Assembly: GCF_009834535.1 (NCBI RefSeq)
Contig: NC_045696.1
Span: forward strand, 70,496,001 to 70,560,000
Length of the DNA stretch: 64,000 bases
Source of the DNA: Camelus ferus
Lineage: Eukaryota
Direction of reading: 5' to 3'
The first letter of the stretch is position 1. Every line of letters starts with the position of its first letter. Made by a program: the position numbers and the translations under genes. Below are positions 37,500 through 52,440 of this stretch, piece after piece. The notes beneath the pieces are model-generated. The model had not been told where the DNA came from. It did not search any database and saw only the letters and a list, made by a program, of their open reading frames with translations.

Positions 37500-40400
37500 T
37501 TTTTAGTTAATAAAATTTAATTTTTAGAAAAGTTTTAATTATTTCACAGCGAAGTTGAGAGGAAGGTATAGAGATTTCCACATATCCTTTATCCCTAGAC
37601 CATACAATCTCCCCCACAATTAACACCGTGCACCAGTGGTACATTTCTTATAATCAGTGAACCTACTACATTGACATATCATTATCACCTACAGTCCATA
37701 GTTTATATTAGGGTTCACTTTTGGTGGTGTACATTCTATGGGTTTTGACAAAGTATAATGACATACATTGACCATTATAGTATCATAGAGAATAGTTTTG
37801 CTGCCCTAAAAAAATCTTGTGCTTCACCTATTCATCCCTCCATCTCCTCAATCCCTGGTAAACACTGATCCTTCTGCTGTTTCCACAGGTTTGTCTTTTC
37901 CACAATGTTATATAATTGAAATCATACAGGATGTATGTATTTCAGACTGGCTTCTTTCACTGAGTGATACATTTAAGTTTCCTCCATGTCTTTTCATGGC
38001 TTGATAGCTCATTTATTTTTAGTGCTGAATAGTGATCCATCGTATGGATGTACACAGTTTATTCATCCATTCACCTACTAAAAACATCTTGATTGGTTTC
38101 AAGTTTTGGCAACTATGAAAAGAGCTACTATAAACATCTGTGTGCAGGTTTTTGTGTGAATAAGTTCTCATCTCCTTTGGTTAAATACCAAGGAGTGTGA
38201 TTACTGGATCATACAGTTAGAGTATATTTAGCCTTGTAAGAAACTGCCAAACTGTCTTCCACAGTGGCTCTACCATTTTGCATTCCCATCAGCAGTAAAT
38301 GAGAGTTCCTAATGCTCCACATCCTAGCCAGCATTTGAGGTTGTCAGTGTTCCAGATTTCAGGTGAGTGTACTGTTGTTGTAATTTGTAATTCACTAGTA
38401 ATGCTGAACATCTTTTTTACATGCTACTTGCCATCTGTAGATCTTCTTTGGTGAAATGTCTGTTTGGGTCTTTGCTCATTTTTTAATTGGGTTGTTCATT
38501 TTCTTACTGTTGAATTTTAAGAGTTATCTGTATATTTTGGGTAACAGTCTTCAGCAAGTATTTTCATATCAATCATCCTCAATCTGTGGATTATCTTCTC
38601 ATTCTCTCAATATGTCTTTTGCAGAGCAGAAGTTTTTAATTTTAATGAAGCCCAGCTTATCAATTATTTCTTTCATGAATGACATCTTTCTTTCATGGTG
38701 TTGTAGCTAAAAATTCATCACCATAACTACAGTCAATTAGGTTACCTCCTATGTTATCTTCTATATATTTTATAGTTTTGCATTTCACAATTACGTCTAT
38801 GATCCACTTTGATTTAATTTTTGTGAAGAGTGTAAGGTCTGTGTCTAGATTCATTTTTTGTCTGTGGATGTCCAGTTGTTCCAGCACCATTTGTTGAAAA
38901 GACTATCTTTATGCCAATACATTGCCTTTGCTTCCTCAAAGATCAGTTGACTATGTTCATGAGAATCTATTTCTGGGCTATTTTATTCTACAGATCTATT
39001 TTTCTATTTTTTTTTTTTTTTTGCCAACACCACACTGTCTTAATTATTGTAGCTTTATATTGTCTGGAAGTCAGGTAGAGTCAGTCCTCCAACTTTGTTC
39101 TTATATTTCAATACTGACTTAACTCTTCTGAGTCTTTTGCCTCTCCATATAAGTTTTAGAATAAGTTTGTCGATATCCAAAAAAAAAAAACTTGCTGGGA
39201 TTTTGATTGGGATTGCATTGAATCTATAGATCAGGGATGGAAGTAAATGACATCTTGGCAATACTGAGTCTTCCTATCCATGAATACAGACTATCTCTCC
39301 ATTTATTTAGTTCTTCTTTGATCTCTTTCATCAGTGTTCTGTAGTTTTCCTCATATAGATCTTGTACATATTTTGTCATATTTACACACAGATATCTCAT
39401 TTTTAATGTACTAATATAAATGGTAATGTGTTTATAATTTCAAATTCCACTTGTTTGCTGCAGGTGTACAGTAAAGCAACTGGCTTTTGCATATTAACTT
39501 TGTATCTGCAATCCTGCAGCAATTACTTAAAAGTTTCAGGAATTTATTGGTCCATTTTTTCAGAAATTTCATCAATTTCTACATAAATGATCATGTCACC
39601 TGTGAACAAAACCAGTTTATTTCTTCCTTCCCAATCCATATACCTTTCATGTCCTTTACTTGTCTTTTTGCACCAGCTAGGACAGACAGTATGATGTTGA
39701 GAGCAGTGGACACCCTTGCCTTGTTCTTCAGCATTAAGTTCCAGACCATTAAGTATGATGTTAGCTGTAGGATTTTGTAGATGTTTTTCATCAAGTTGAG
39801 GAAGTTTCTCTCCATTCCTAATTTGCAGAGTTTTTATCATGAACAAGAGTTGGATTTTGTCTAAAGCTTTTTCTACATATATTAATATGATCATGTGATT
39901 GTCTTCTCTAGCCTATTGATGTGATGGAGTACCTCAACTGATTTTCAAATGTTGAAGCACCCCTGCATACCTGGGATAAATCTCACTTGGTTGTGGTGTG
40001 TAATTCTTTTTACACCTTGTTAGAGTCAATTTGCAAATACCTTACTGAGGATTTCTGCATCTGTGTTCATGAGAGATACTGGCCTGCAGTTTTCTTTCCT
40101 TGTAGTGTCTTTGGTTTTGATATTAGGATAATGCGGGCCTCACAGAAAAAGTTAATTTCTGAAAGGCACACATGATGCACTAGGTAAAAGGCACTACAGG
40201 AAGTAAACCTTTAGTAATGTGGTGGTAAGGTCTGAGGAGAGGGGGAGTCTTCTAGAGTCCTGATTAGGTCTCAGTCTTCTGGCAGGCCTGTGCCCCTGGA
40301 ATGTGAACTTCACCAGTGCTTCTCAGTTGTTTCCCTCCGGCGCCTTAGGTGGACCACATGGGTGGAAGGTGCTGGAGTTGGGTATTTCCCTTTTCCCAGG

Positions 40401-40925
40401 TAAGTCAGGCTTTGATAAAAACCAAAGCAGAGGTTGACAAAACAGTTTTTTTCCTGAAGGTGGCTTAGTTGAGAAAAACAGAATACTCTGGCATATTTCA
40501 AAATGGTCCTTTCCCCCACCCTCCTGCAGGAACATAAGGGATTTTTCTCTCATGATCATTGTGAGAACCTGGTAGTAGTCCTGGAGGTAAATTTTAAGAA
40601 ACTGTGGAGGCTTCCCTGTGACCAGGCCCTCCTGGAATTTTTAAATCTCAGACTTGTTCACGGTGAGCCTGTAGCACATCATCGATTGCAGTTCCAATTT
40701 TGCTGCCCTAGCACTGGTTCCTGCAGAGGTGTCTGCTCAAGTAAGTTGTGATTCTCTGTTTCTGCCTGTCTCTCTAGTTTTTGCTGCAGTGGTTGGGCCA
40801 CTTAGATCTCTGGCAGATCTAAGAAGAGCTGTTGATTTTTCAGTTTGTTGAGCTTCTTACTTGTTCGTAGGTCAGAGTGGTGATCTCTAAACTCCTGATA
40901 TGCCAGACCAAAAACCAAAAGTCCC
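37500..40925 (-). mobile_element. Old L1M (3' end at about 37500, ORF2 to about 40150, upstream L1 region to about 40925)
   Basis: Minus-strand ORF remnants [13 protein letters not shown]..., [12 protein letters not shown] and KPTANIILNG-like. Confidence 0.85.
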
Positions 40926-41339
40926 AAATGTTATCTGATCCAACTCAATTAGCCATGTTTATTGGCTAATTAGATAGACCTTCACAGCTAGAAATCTCAG
41001 ATAGGATGTATCTAGCTCATGATATTCCTAGAGAGAGTTAAGTTTACTTGTTTAACATATCCATCTCCATTATTCCATTACTTTCAAGTTTAAGGGCAGG
41101 GAGTCTGTCTATCTCTGTGGTCCTAGTATCCAGCACAGTGTCTGATACACAGTAAATTCACACTAAATGTATACTGAACTGTACTGACATAGTACTTAAT
41201 TTTCCTGACCCCCTTTCTACTTCTCTCTCCCCAGTATCTTTTTCAGACAATTTTCTGTTGCAAAAGTTAATCCATTCTGTTTGAGACTGTTACTATTTTG
41301 CTTTCATTTTTGCTACCTATATATGTGAAAGACAATTTT

Positions 41340-44300
41340 CAAGTTTGTTTCAAAAAGATTAGTTTCAGGGCTACTATTATACATGAAGTACTGACTGCCA
41401 AATGATCCTCCCTGCCCCTGCCCTTACAAAAGAAAAAGTTATAAAACCTGGACGTAATACAAAGAGTAACTATCTGAAGCTGCTGAAGAGGGAACAGAGG
41501 TAGACAAACTGATGGGGAATTCACACTCACTGGGAGGAGGACAGACTGGCAGCCATACAAGTAACTGCACAGAGGCAGTTGGGGTGGGATGGGGGAGGGG
41601 TAGAAAAACCCCTAATCTTTCTGGCACAGAGGACCAGAAAATTGAAGCCAGGAAACCACGAATGTGGAAGAAAGTAGAACCTCAAAAAGGAAAGAGTCAA
41701 AGAGGGGGTTTCCTAACTATCTACTGGCATCTGTGACTGTTCCCTAAATCACTACGTATAAACAAGGAAGAATCAAAGCAGCTCAGCCAAAGAGAAGAAG
41801 TTAGAACCAAGACTGGAGCTCCCTCCCTGACGGTCCTGGGGTGTGAAGAAAAGCCAGCTCTGGTGCGGAGTTCACATGTGCTAGAGGAGTGGAGGCAGTG
41901 AAGTACACAAATAAATGATCATCACTTGTGGCTTTCAGCCTGCGACTAAGTGCAATCTGTGTGGCAAGCGCAGCAGCAGATGGGGACTCACATGGGAAAA
42001 CCTGTCATCTTTCTGGCTGGGGAACTAGAGAAGCTAAGAAATGTGAACAGTCAACAGATTAGCAGAATCTTGTAAAAAGAAAGCAAGAAAGAAGATCCTC
42101 AAACTTGACTACCTTCATCACTGAGTGACCCCTAAGCCACACATGTGGAACCAAATCAAAGCAATCAGTTAAAGACAAACAATCTTTTGAAAAGAAACTG
42201 GAGCCCACACAGAAACAGAGTTTGCAATTCAAGGCCAGTCAAGAAAATTACCTGATAAAACAAAGAGAAAAAATTCTTGGTGGAGAAGATTAACAGAATC
42301 CAGAATCTCTACAATGTAACATTCAAATATCCAATACAGGATACAATCCAAAGTTATCCAACATATGAAGAACCAAGAAAATAAAACATATTTTTCTTAA
42401 GAGAAAAGAAAATCAATCAAGTCCAATCCTGAAATGAACAAAATGTTAGAACTAACAGGCAAGAATTTTAAAGCAAACTATTATTTTTATCCTCATTGAA
42501 GCAAAACAAAACATGTTTCAATGCATGAAAATTTTAACAGATAAATGAAGAGACGCAGGAGAGAAACAGAAACAATAAAAAAGAACCAAATGAAAATTAC
42601 AAAATTGAAAAATGCAATCGTGGAAGATAAAAATTCACTGAGTGGATTTAACAGCTGAGTTGACATGAAAGAGCGAACCTGAAGGTATAGCAACAGAAAT
42701 CATTCAAGGAGAACAGAGAGAGGAAAAGACCAAACCAAACAGAAACAAAACCCAGAGGGAATGACCTACGAGATGTAGAGGAATAACCTTAAAAAATCTG
42801 CTCCTCCATAAAAGCAACAAGAATACTGGCAGAAACAGTCAGAATCAACTTTTCCAGAACGTTTGAAATTAATTAAAGGCTTGCAATGATTCAAGGAATA
42901 TTTATCAAGAAAAATGCCTGAATCTCAGTAAGAACAGTGAACTTTATGGTGGTTTAACATTACCTAGTCCCGTCCCCCTTTACCCAGCTTCACTATAGCT
43001 TTGAAACCAACAGCCTTGCAACTACAGTAAGTACCCACGAAAACCAGCAACCGAGCAGTCACTCCAGGGCTACCCCAAAAGCCCATCTTTAGAGAACTAT
43101 CACTATCTGACCTATCTGGCAACTCATTTAAAAAGCTCCATTCTCAGGACTTGTCTTTTTTTTTTTGTCCTGACTCAGAATTTACTCTAAGCAAACAACA
43201 GTAACCACAAAGCATTTGTCGAAAATAATCAGCACAATTGTTTAAGTTTACAGATGCCAGAGACAGTGCTACCAGAAGAGACTAATAAGAGACTCATCAA
43301 AAAACTTAAAAGGAAAAACTGGAAAATGGGAGTTCTGTAGGGGCTTTCAAAAGCTCTGACATATTTTTGGATCTCTAGAAGGACAAGTGCATGTACAGGG
43401 CTATGGACATACTCAGGAAAGACCTGAAAAGGCCTATAACCTGTGGCTAACTTTGAGGATCTGCAAAAGCAGGAAGTAAAGGCTAAGGCAGAATTGTAAA
43501 CTGCCTGCTGGAGCATTAAAAACTCCAGAATAAAATAAAGCAAAAGCTGACAGACTTAAAGTAAGAAATAGACATTTCAACAATAATATTTTACATTTCA
43601 ATACTCCTCTTTCAATAATGAATAGAACACCTAGCAGAAGATGAACAGGAAATAGAAATCTTGAACAAAACTATAAGCCAACTAGCCCTAACAGACGTAT
43701 AGAGAACATTCCACTCAACACCACACATTCAGCACATTATTTTCAAGTGCACTTGAAACTTTCTCCAGGACAGGACATATGTTAGGCTACAAGTTTCAAT
43801 AAATTTAAAAAGGTAGAAATTATACAAAGTATGTTCTCTGACTACAATGGAATGAAATCAGAAATCAATATCACAAGGAAATGTGAGAAATTTACAAATA
43901 GGTGGAAATTAAACAACATACTTCTAAATAACCAATATCACAAGAGAAATTAGAAAATACTTCGAGATAAATGAAAATGAAGACACAACTACCGCAGCTT
44001 ATGGAATGCAGCTAAAGCACTGCTTAGAGATTTGTAGCTATAAATACCATTTTAAAAAGGAGGAAAGATTTCAAATGAATAATCTAAACTTCTACCTCAA
44101 GAAACTAAAAATAAAGAGCAAATTAAACCCAAAGAAGATGAAAGATGTAAATAATAAAGATTAATCAGAAATAAATAAAAGAGTAAAGAAAAACAAAGAC
44201 CATCAATAAAATAAAAATTGGTTCTTTGAAAAGACCACCCAAACTGACAAACAGACCAAGAAAAGGAGAAAACTCAAATTAAAAAAGTAAATAAGAGACA

Positions 44301-47300
44301 TGACTACAGACCTTATAAAAATAAAAGGTATTACAAAAGACTACCATAAACACTACATGCCAGCAAATTAGATAACAGATAAAATGGACACATTCCTAGA
44401 AATACACAAACAACCAAAACTGACTCAAGAAGAAATAATCTGAATAGACTTAATAGAGACTGAACTAGTAATTTAAAAATTGCCAGCAAAGAATATCCTA
44501 GGCTTACATCACTTCATTAAAAAATTCTATGATATATTTAAAGAAGAATTAACACCAACCCTTCAAAACCTCTTTCAAAAAAAAACAGAAGAGAGAACAC
44601 CTTGATTCATTCCATGAGGCAAGAATACCAAGAGACCAAGTATACATGATACCAAGGCCAGAAAAAGTTGTGAAAAGAAAACAAGACTACAGAACAATAT
44701 ACTTTAAGAAGACAGCCATAAAAAATTCCTCAGAAAAATATTAGCAAACTCAACCCATCAACATGTGAAAAACATTATACCCCATGACCAAGTCAGATTT
44801 ATTCCAAGAATGTAAGATTGGGTTAACATACAAAAAATCCTTCAATCTTAAAAACCTTATCAATAAAGTAAAGGACAAAACCCACAAGATTATCTAAATA
44901 GATACAGAAAAAAGCATTGATACGATCTAATCCTTCATGCTAAAAACATTCAATAAACCAGGGATAGAATGAACTTCCTCAAACTGATAAGGCCATTTAT
45001 GTAAAACTCACAGTTAACGTCATATTTAATGGTGAAAAACTGAATGCTTTCCCCACTTGGATGAGAAAAAAAGTAAGTCCACTCTTGCCACTTCTGTTCA
45101 ACACTGTACTGGAGGTCCTAGCCAAGCCAGTTAGGGAAGAAAAGAAATACAAGGAATCCAGATTAGAAAGGAAGCAGTGAAACTAACTCTATTTACAGAT
45201 GACATGATTTTATATATATAGAAAATTCTAAAGAATCATATAAAAAAAAGAATCAATTAAGAAACTAATAAATGAATTCAGCAAGGATGCAGGATACAAG
45301 ATCAATATAAAAATCAATTTTATTTTTTATACACTAGCAATGAATAGTCTGAAAATGAAAACACCAATTCCATTTATAACAGCACCAAATGAAGAAACTA
45401 GGAATAGATCTAGCAAAAGAAGTATATGACTTGTACAATGAAAATGGCAAAACATCATCGAAAGAAACTAAACAAGGCCTAAAAAAATGGAAAAATATCC
45501 TGTGTTCATGGATTGGAAGACAATAATGCTAAGATAGCAATACTCCCCAAATTGATCTACAGATTCAAAGCAATCCTTAACAAAATCTCAGCTGCTGTTC
45601 TGCAGAAATTGAGAAAGCAAATTGATTTTAACAGACCAAAATAAATGAAGAAATACATCATATTCATAGATTAGAATACTGTGCTAAGATGGCAATCCTC
45701 CCCAAATTAACTTGTAGAATCAATGCAATTCTAAACACAATTCCAATAAGCTTTTTAAAAGAAATTGATGAGCTGATTTTAAAGTTCAAACAGAAAGGCA
45801 AAGGACCTAGACTAACTAAACTAATTTTGGAAAAGAAAAACAAAGTTGGAGGACTTAAGATACCTGATTTCAAGACTTACTACAAAGCTGCAATAAGCAA
45901 GACAATATATTATTGGTGTTAAGTATAGACAGACAGACCAGTGAACTTAACAGAAAGCACAGAAATAGACCCATATTTATGGTCAGATGATTTTTGACAA
46001 AAATCCATTTTTATCAAAACTTTTTTTTTATGAAAAAGGTGTCCAGGTAAAGTGGAAACAAAATATTTTCAAAAAATGGTAAAGGAACTGATCTCTGTAT
46101 GGGGGAAAAAATCCTTGAACTTGACTTTGCATCACATGTGAAAATTAACTCAAAATGGATTATAGACTTATTAAATTTCTAGAAAACAAAGGATAAAACC
46201 TTTATGATATCGAATTGGGAAAAGATTCATAAACAGAATACCAAAAAAACTGCTGAAACTAGAAAAGAAAAAATAAGTAAAATAGACTTCATGCAGATTA
46301 AAACCTTTTGCTCTTTGAAAAACATGGGTAAGAAAACAAAAAGGTAAGCAATGGACTGAGAGAAAATGTTTGTGGAACATGTATTTAAAAGGGGCTGGTA
46401 GCCAGACTACATAAAGAACTCTCACAGTCTCGTAGGGAGTTCTCCTGCTTAGGACTCAGTAACATGAAGTCAAATGACACCTCTTCCTTACCCTACAAAA
46501 AGGGCGAAAGATTTAAATAGGTAATTCACAAAAAAAGATATGTGAGTGGGCAAGAGCACACGAAAAGGTGCTGACCGTCATCAGTCTTTAGGGAAATAAA
46601 ATTACAACAAGATATACCATTACACACCCACTAGAATGGCTAAAATTTTTTAAAGATTTAAAAAGATTGACAGTGCCAAGTGCTTGCAAGGATATGGAGC
46701 TTTGGAACTCTTGCATATTGCTGAAAGGAATGCAAAATGGTACAGTCATTTTGAAAAACCAAATACCAGTACCTTAGTAAAACACATATTTACCATATAA
46801 TCTATCCATTCCAAGCCTAGGAATTTGCCCAAGAAAAATGAACACACCTGCCCCCATAAAAATTTATTCATACCTAGGGGTCAGCTATGGGAGATAAGGA
46901 CGATATAAGGGATACCTGTGGTGATGAAACTGATCTGTATCTTGACTTTATCAATTGAGTATCTGGTTGTGATATTGTGCTTCAGTTTTGCAAGATGTTA
47001 TCACTGGGGCAAACTGGGTAAACAGTATACAGATCTTGTGTGTCATTTCATACAACTGCATGTGAATCTATAAATTTCTTCCTAATAAAAAGTTTAATTA
47101 AAAACAGAACAAAACTTATTCGTAAATGTAGCAGCATTACTTACAATAGCTCCAAACTGGAAGCAACTCAAATGTCCTTCAACTGATGAATAAATAAATG
47201 ACAGTATATCCAACCCATGGAATACTATTCAGCAATTAGAGGGAACAAAATATAATACATGCAACAACATGGATGAATCTCAAAAACATTAGGCTAAGTG

Positions 47301-47575
47301 AAAGAAATAAAACATCAAGGTTACATACTGTATGATTCTATTTACATGAAATGTAGTGACAGAAAGTAAACCAGGATTGCCTGGAGGTAGGACTGTGGGG
47401 TAAGGAAGAAGTACAAGGGGACAGGAAGAAACTTTTTAGTGTGAAGAAATTATACAGTTCTGCCTTCTATAGTTTGATTAGGGTAGTGGTTATATGATAT
47501 GTATGGTTATCAAATTTCACACTGTACATATAAAATTGGTGACTTTTATGACATTTACCTAATATTTTTAAACAC
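41340..47575 (+). mobile_element. Cluster of old L1M pieces: 5' region/ORF1 remnant, long degenerate ORF2 (about 43540-45620), a second overlapping ORF2-3' end, and a nested 3' fragment at about 46880-47103
   Basis: ORF 45689..45922 (AILPKLTCRINAI...KKNKVGGLKIPDFKTYYKA). Endonuclease- and RT-region nucleotide motifs, including tttacagatgacatgatt (the FADD motif). Confidence 0.85.
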
Positions 47576-47613
47576 AGAAAAGAGGAAAAAATTAAGGCGT
47601 AGAAAACTAATAC

Positions 47614-47665
47614 CTGTTAGCGTCTTCCCTGCATTCAGTGGAGGAGCAATGACTCGGAAAAGTTT
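47614..47665 (-). CDS. VPS8: VPS8 coding exon (KLFRVIAPPLNAGKTLT + G), 52 nt
   Basis: cgcag|AAA CTT...ACA G|gtatta; phase 0-1. Confidence 0.93.
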
Positions 47666-47998
47666 CTGCGTTAAAATTAATAAGAAAACAATCACCATCA
47701 TCTTAAATAAAGAATTATTTCTTACAAATAATCAAAAATCTTATGCTTTTAGTCACTTTTCTTTCATTGAATTAGATAACCATTTGCTACTGAGATTAAA
47801 TATAAAAACTTTTAATTTGGACATGAACTTGTTTTACTAAGATCACTGGGAAATAATCATTGTTGTTATATTCCTCCCTGAAAGAAACATTTTAATAAAT
47901 ACCAGTTAGAGGAAGATGTTTGTTGAGATTATTATTTTTAATATAAGATATCCTTAAGTTCCTAAAAGTGCTTTATTCTTTTAAAAATAGTAAGCAAG

Positions 47999-48490
47999 TG
48001 AAGGGATTAATAGCCCACCAAAATGGTAATAAAGATTACTTTAAATTGAAAATATGAACAATCAGCAGCCACAGAAAGAAACATTATCTAAATTTAAGCA
48101 GAACCTCTGAAGATTTAAGCAGAACCTCTGAAGATACAAGATTAATGGCAAAACTATGTTGGTCTTCCTGGGAGCTTCCTGTTTGGGAGGAGACTGACCC
48201 TTAGCACTGGGAGGTACAAACCCAGCTGTTCATTAGCCTCAAAAAGCCCAATAAACTACTCATACTTTCAATTGAAAACCTAAATCCCTCCCCTACACCC
48301 AAAGTTTTGTTGAACTGGTATATAAACCTTTACCTCTGGCTATTCAGTGATTTACTCATTACTGAGAGCTCCCAGTACAGGTGTGAATAAATCTTGTATT
48401 TTCTCCTGTTAATCTATTTTCAGTTAATTTGCAGTCCTCTCCCCACTATTCAGATTTCAGTCTACAGAGAAAAAGTTTTTCCTCCCAACA
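47999..48490 (+). mobile_element. ERV1-class solo LTR (MER34-like) with 4-bp TSD
   Basis: TG...CA termini, CAAG on both sides (47995-47998 and 48491-48494), TATATAAA at 48319-48326 and AATAAA at 48386-48391. Confidence 0.82.
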
Positions 48491-50091
48491 CAAGGGACTC
48501 CTTTTACCTCAGAAGCAGTCAAAACTAGAATTAAGGAAAGATTTCAGAGGCTATAGAACTCATCACAAAGATGATGACACTGTTCTTCATTCTAGGAAAT
48601 CTAGGAACTTTCAGAAAGCACTATAGTTCCTCTTAATTTGGACCTCTTTAAACTGAAATTACTAAATTTTAAACACTATGAATAGTGATGTCATTACAGG
48701 CAGAGAATTATAAAAGAGGCATCATAAGATGCATCTAACCTCCCACTGCTAAACTCTCCAAGTAACTATTTAATAACAAATTCCAAGCTCCTGCTGAAAG
48801 CCATTAAACTTGAAAACTACTTTTAACACAAAACAAGGCAACCTCAATAGCTCAGTGTTCCATCTGAGATGTATAGTTATAAATGAAAACCAGATTTTGA
48901 AGAATAAAAATCCCATACAAAACAAAAACTTCAAAAGCAACAATTACAAAATCCAGCAATCATTTTTATCAACACAGAATGCATCAAATTAGAATCTGTT
49001 TTCAAAGACTATTTTGAGAGTAACTAGAAATTGCATTAATTCTTCCTAATTGTGGTTTAATAGTGGGACAGAGAACATTTTTGCAGAGAACATTTTTGCG
49101 TGCACGGATCTCACTGAGGAGGCAGCTGAGAGGTGTTCAAATGTTAATATTTATTTGACACACAGACAATCAAGGTCAAAACAAGAGCGAAGGGCTGTGG
49201 CACTCACTTTGGAAAATGATCAAGGAACAAGAAGTGCAACCAAACCTGAAGGAGTTATGAATTAGAGGGATATTCACCTATCAAGCTAAATATGTTTAAA
49301 GAAGACTGAAATATCATAGAATGACTGCTGACTTATTCACACTGAAAATAATTTTGGATGCCCATTAAATACACAAAAACGTTGACTGGACACCTTCAGC
49401 AGATGCCTGGCTCTTCTGACTCATGTAATTAAGTCGCTGTAATAAAGCAATGGGCTGGCAGGACACTGTGTGTATCCACAATCCATTATCCATAATTCTG
49501 TCCTCAAATTTAAGGTAAATAACAAGATGGAATGGGTTTGGTTCTTTTTAAAACAAGCCTAAATGCTTTTTAGATGCTCTCTTCTAAAGATTAGGAGAAT
49601 AAGAAATTATAATGAATGCGATAAAATTCTGAAATGGGAAAAGCAATAAATTAGCAATTAACAAATAATGACTTCCCACCATTTTCAGGACCTCCCCCTC
49701 AACATAATATATCTACAAAATAGCATTACTCAATAGCACACTTACCATATACAAGTATACATAATAAATTTATTATACTTCTTGGAAGATGTATCATAAT
49801 ATCAAAACTTCTCAGGAAAAAACTTGAAGTCTAATAGGCAAGCATTACTTTTAGTTTTATCTATTGTTCCTTGGGATTTAAATACCTACTTATGCAGGTT
49901 AAAAAAGAAAGCAAAGGCAGTAGGTATAAAATTAAAGGCTACCTAAAAGTCCTTAACAACAGGTGCAAGTCTAATAAATCTACAAGAAATTAAAAAATGA
50001 CTGGATGAGAACAAACTATTCAAAGCAAACAGGGAAGGGAAAAAAAACTAATTGAATATTAAATGTGTGTCCAAGTTAGGAAGTATCTTAC

Positions 50092-50181
50092 CTCCATTGG
50101 ACTAATAAATTCATTCATGCCTCTGTTGTACACATAGATCATAGCATCATATAGCCGATTTTCCCAACACATGAGAACTAC
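50092..50181 (-). CDS. VPS8: VPS8 coding exon (VVLMCWENRLYDAMIYVYNRGMNEFISPME), 90 nt
   Basis: tacag|GTA GTT...ATG GAG|gtaaga; phase 0-0. Confidence 0.95.
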
Positions 50182-50469
50182 CTGTAAAAAGGAAAAGTTG
50201 TTTGGTCCATACAGTTCAGTAAGTCTCACCAATTACTTTCCTTAAAGCTTTAAGAATGGGGAAAATCTTGAATTCTTTTCCTTAATTTTTTTCATTCCTT
50301 CTCTGAAAAAAATTGAAATTAAGGTAAAACATAACACCCAGGTAAGAGCTGTTGTAGGTTTAATATTACTTTCAATCACATTATAGGTACTTGTAAAGAT
50401 CCTCCAACGTCTGATTTTATTTCTTCTCTATTCTCTCCCTTTCCATATTTATTTTACCTTTGGTCACTA

Positions 50470-52440
50470 GTTCTACAAATATTTACTGAGCGCTTGTATT
50501 CAGGTCCTCTCCTAGGCACTGGGGATAACGTAATAGATAAGACAAACCCAGACCCCGTCTCCACCCTGGCAGAACTGCCATTCATCATGGACACCCATCA
50601 GAAAAGGGGCACAAAATGTGTGATTTATGACTTGGGGAAGATACTCAATTAAACAAATAATTCATTTACAAATGCAAGTTTATAAAGGAACCTGACTTGG
50701 TCTGGAGTATTCAAGGTCATCCCTGAGGGAGCAATATTTAAGCTATGACCTAAGGGATACATGTATGTCAGCCAAAAGCAAAGCTGGAAACTAGGGACTC
50801 TGCAGGCAGAAGGAGCAGTAAGGATGAAAGGAGTCTGAAGTGTTTAAGGATGGAAAGAAATCAATTTGAGAAAAAATTCAGGAAGAGGAATAGAGATGAC
50901 TTGAGTACAAAGTACCCTTTACTCTGTTCCTCTGAGAGCTGCATTACAGCACTGAGTACAGGAGGAGGAGGCTGAAGTAGAAGAGTAGGGGTCAACAGAG
51001 AAAAATGAGAAGCAACAGCCAAAGAGGTTAAGAGGGAAAATGGAAGTGAGGTGTCGTACGAGTCTTTCCAGATGAAGGCATGTTCTGGGACCTCTTCTCT
51101 TCTCTCACTACCCTTCCTCTCAGTCAGTCCCATGATCATGCATCCCTTTACAGCTTCAGCCCTAACCTCCCCTCAGACATACTTATTCACCACTGACTTG
51201 ATATCTTGATATCTGAATGCCTGGGAGCTATCTCAAAATAAAATGGCAAAATAGAACCCCTGACTTTGTCTCTCAAACTTAGACCTATCCCCAGTCTTCT
51301 AACCTTCTTCAAGGAATCACTATCCACCTTGTTTCTCAAGCCAAAAAATTAGGCATCAGCCTTAAATTCTCTCCTTCCACACCCTCACACTGGATTCATC
51401 AGCGCATTAGTTCTACCTCCAAAACAATCCAAAGTCAAGCCATCTCTCTCCATCTCACTGCTATCATCTCTGGCCAGGACCACCTCCTAAACCAGTTCTT
51501 AGCCAAGCTCCTTGCTTCTGTACTTGACCCCTACCCCACAATCTGTTACCACTAAAGCAAACTAGAGTGATCTGGCTTAAAACCTTTTAATGGTTTCCCA
51601 AATCACTCAGAATAAAATGGAAAAATCTTACCTTGCCCTGAATGGACCACCTCTCTCTTGAAACCAAGCTCCAAATCTGGCTTCCTTTTATTTGTAATTT
51701 TAACACCCAAGGTATACATCCTTTTTTTTTTTTTTTTTTTTTGTATTAACTGTTGCTTTTACCTGTAACAATCTTCTCCTCTAACATCTCTGCATCACTG
51801 ATTCCTTCTTGTCATTCAGATTCCAGACTCAATGTTACTTCCTCAGGAAGGTTTTCTATAATTAACCAATCTAAGGTAGCCTCTAATTCTCTGTCTGCCA
51901 TACTGCCTGTCTGATTTTTAACGGAACACTTGTTTTGGATATTTCTGGTCTGTTTACTTCTTTGTCTATTTATGGTCAAACTTTTTTTGTTTGTTTGCTA
52001 GAATGTAAGCCTCATGAGAGGATGAATCGCCTTGTCCATTAGGGTCACTGAAGAATCCTTGGAGCCTGTCACTCAATAAATGCTTCTTGAATTAATGCAA
52101 ATGCTGTTGAAAGAGTAAGTAAAATCTGAAAAAATATTGCTTGATTTAGTAGGTGTGGAGGTCATTGCTGACTTTAGTGAAAGTAAGGTGGAAGAGTTAT
52201 TAGGATGTGGAAAATATGGAAGAAGCAACCTAGAAAATGCTTTCAAAAAATCTGGCTGCAAGTGGGAGGAGTGAGATGCATCAGTGAAACATGGGGAAGA
52301 GGGGAAAAGGTTTGATATGGAAAGAAAGGAAACTGAGGGGGAGACTGTTTAAACTGCTGCTTTAACATGAAAAAGAGTACAGTGTATTTATACAATGTTG
52401 AAGAAAAGCTAAAAATGGTGAAAGGAGGAGAAATAAGCAA
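50470..52440. mobile_element. L2 fragments in both orientations
   Basis: caaatatttactgagcgctt (reverse tail at about 50476) and cactcaataaatgcttcttgaattaatg (forward tail at about 52070), plus internal L2 motifs. Confidence 0.6.
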
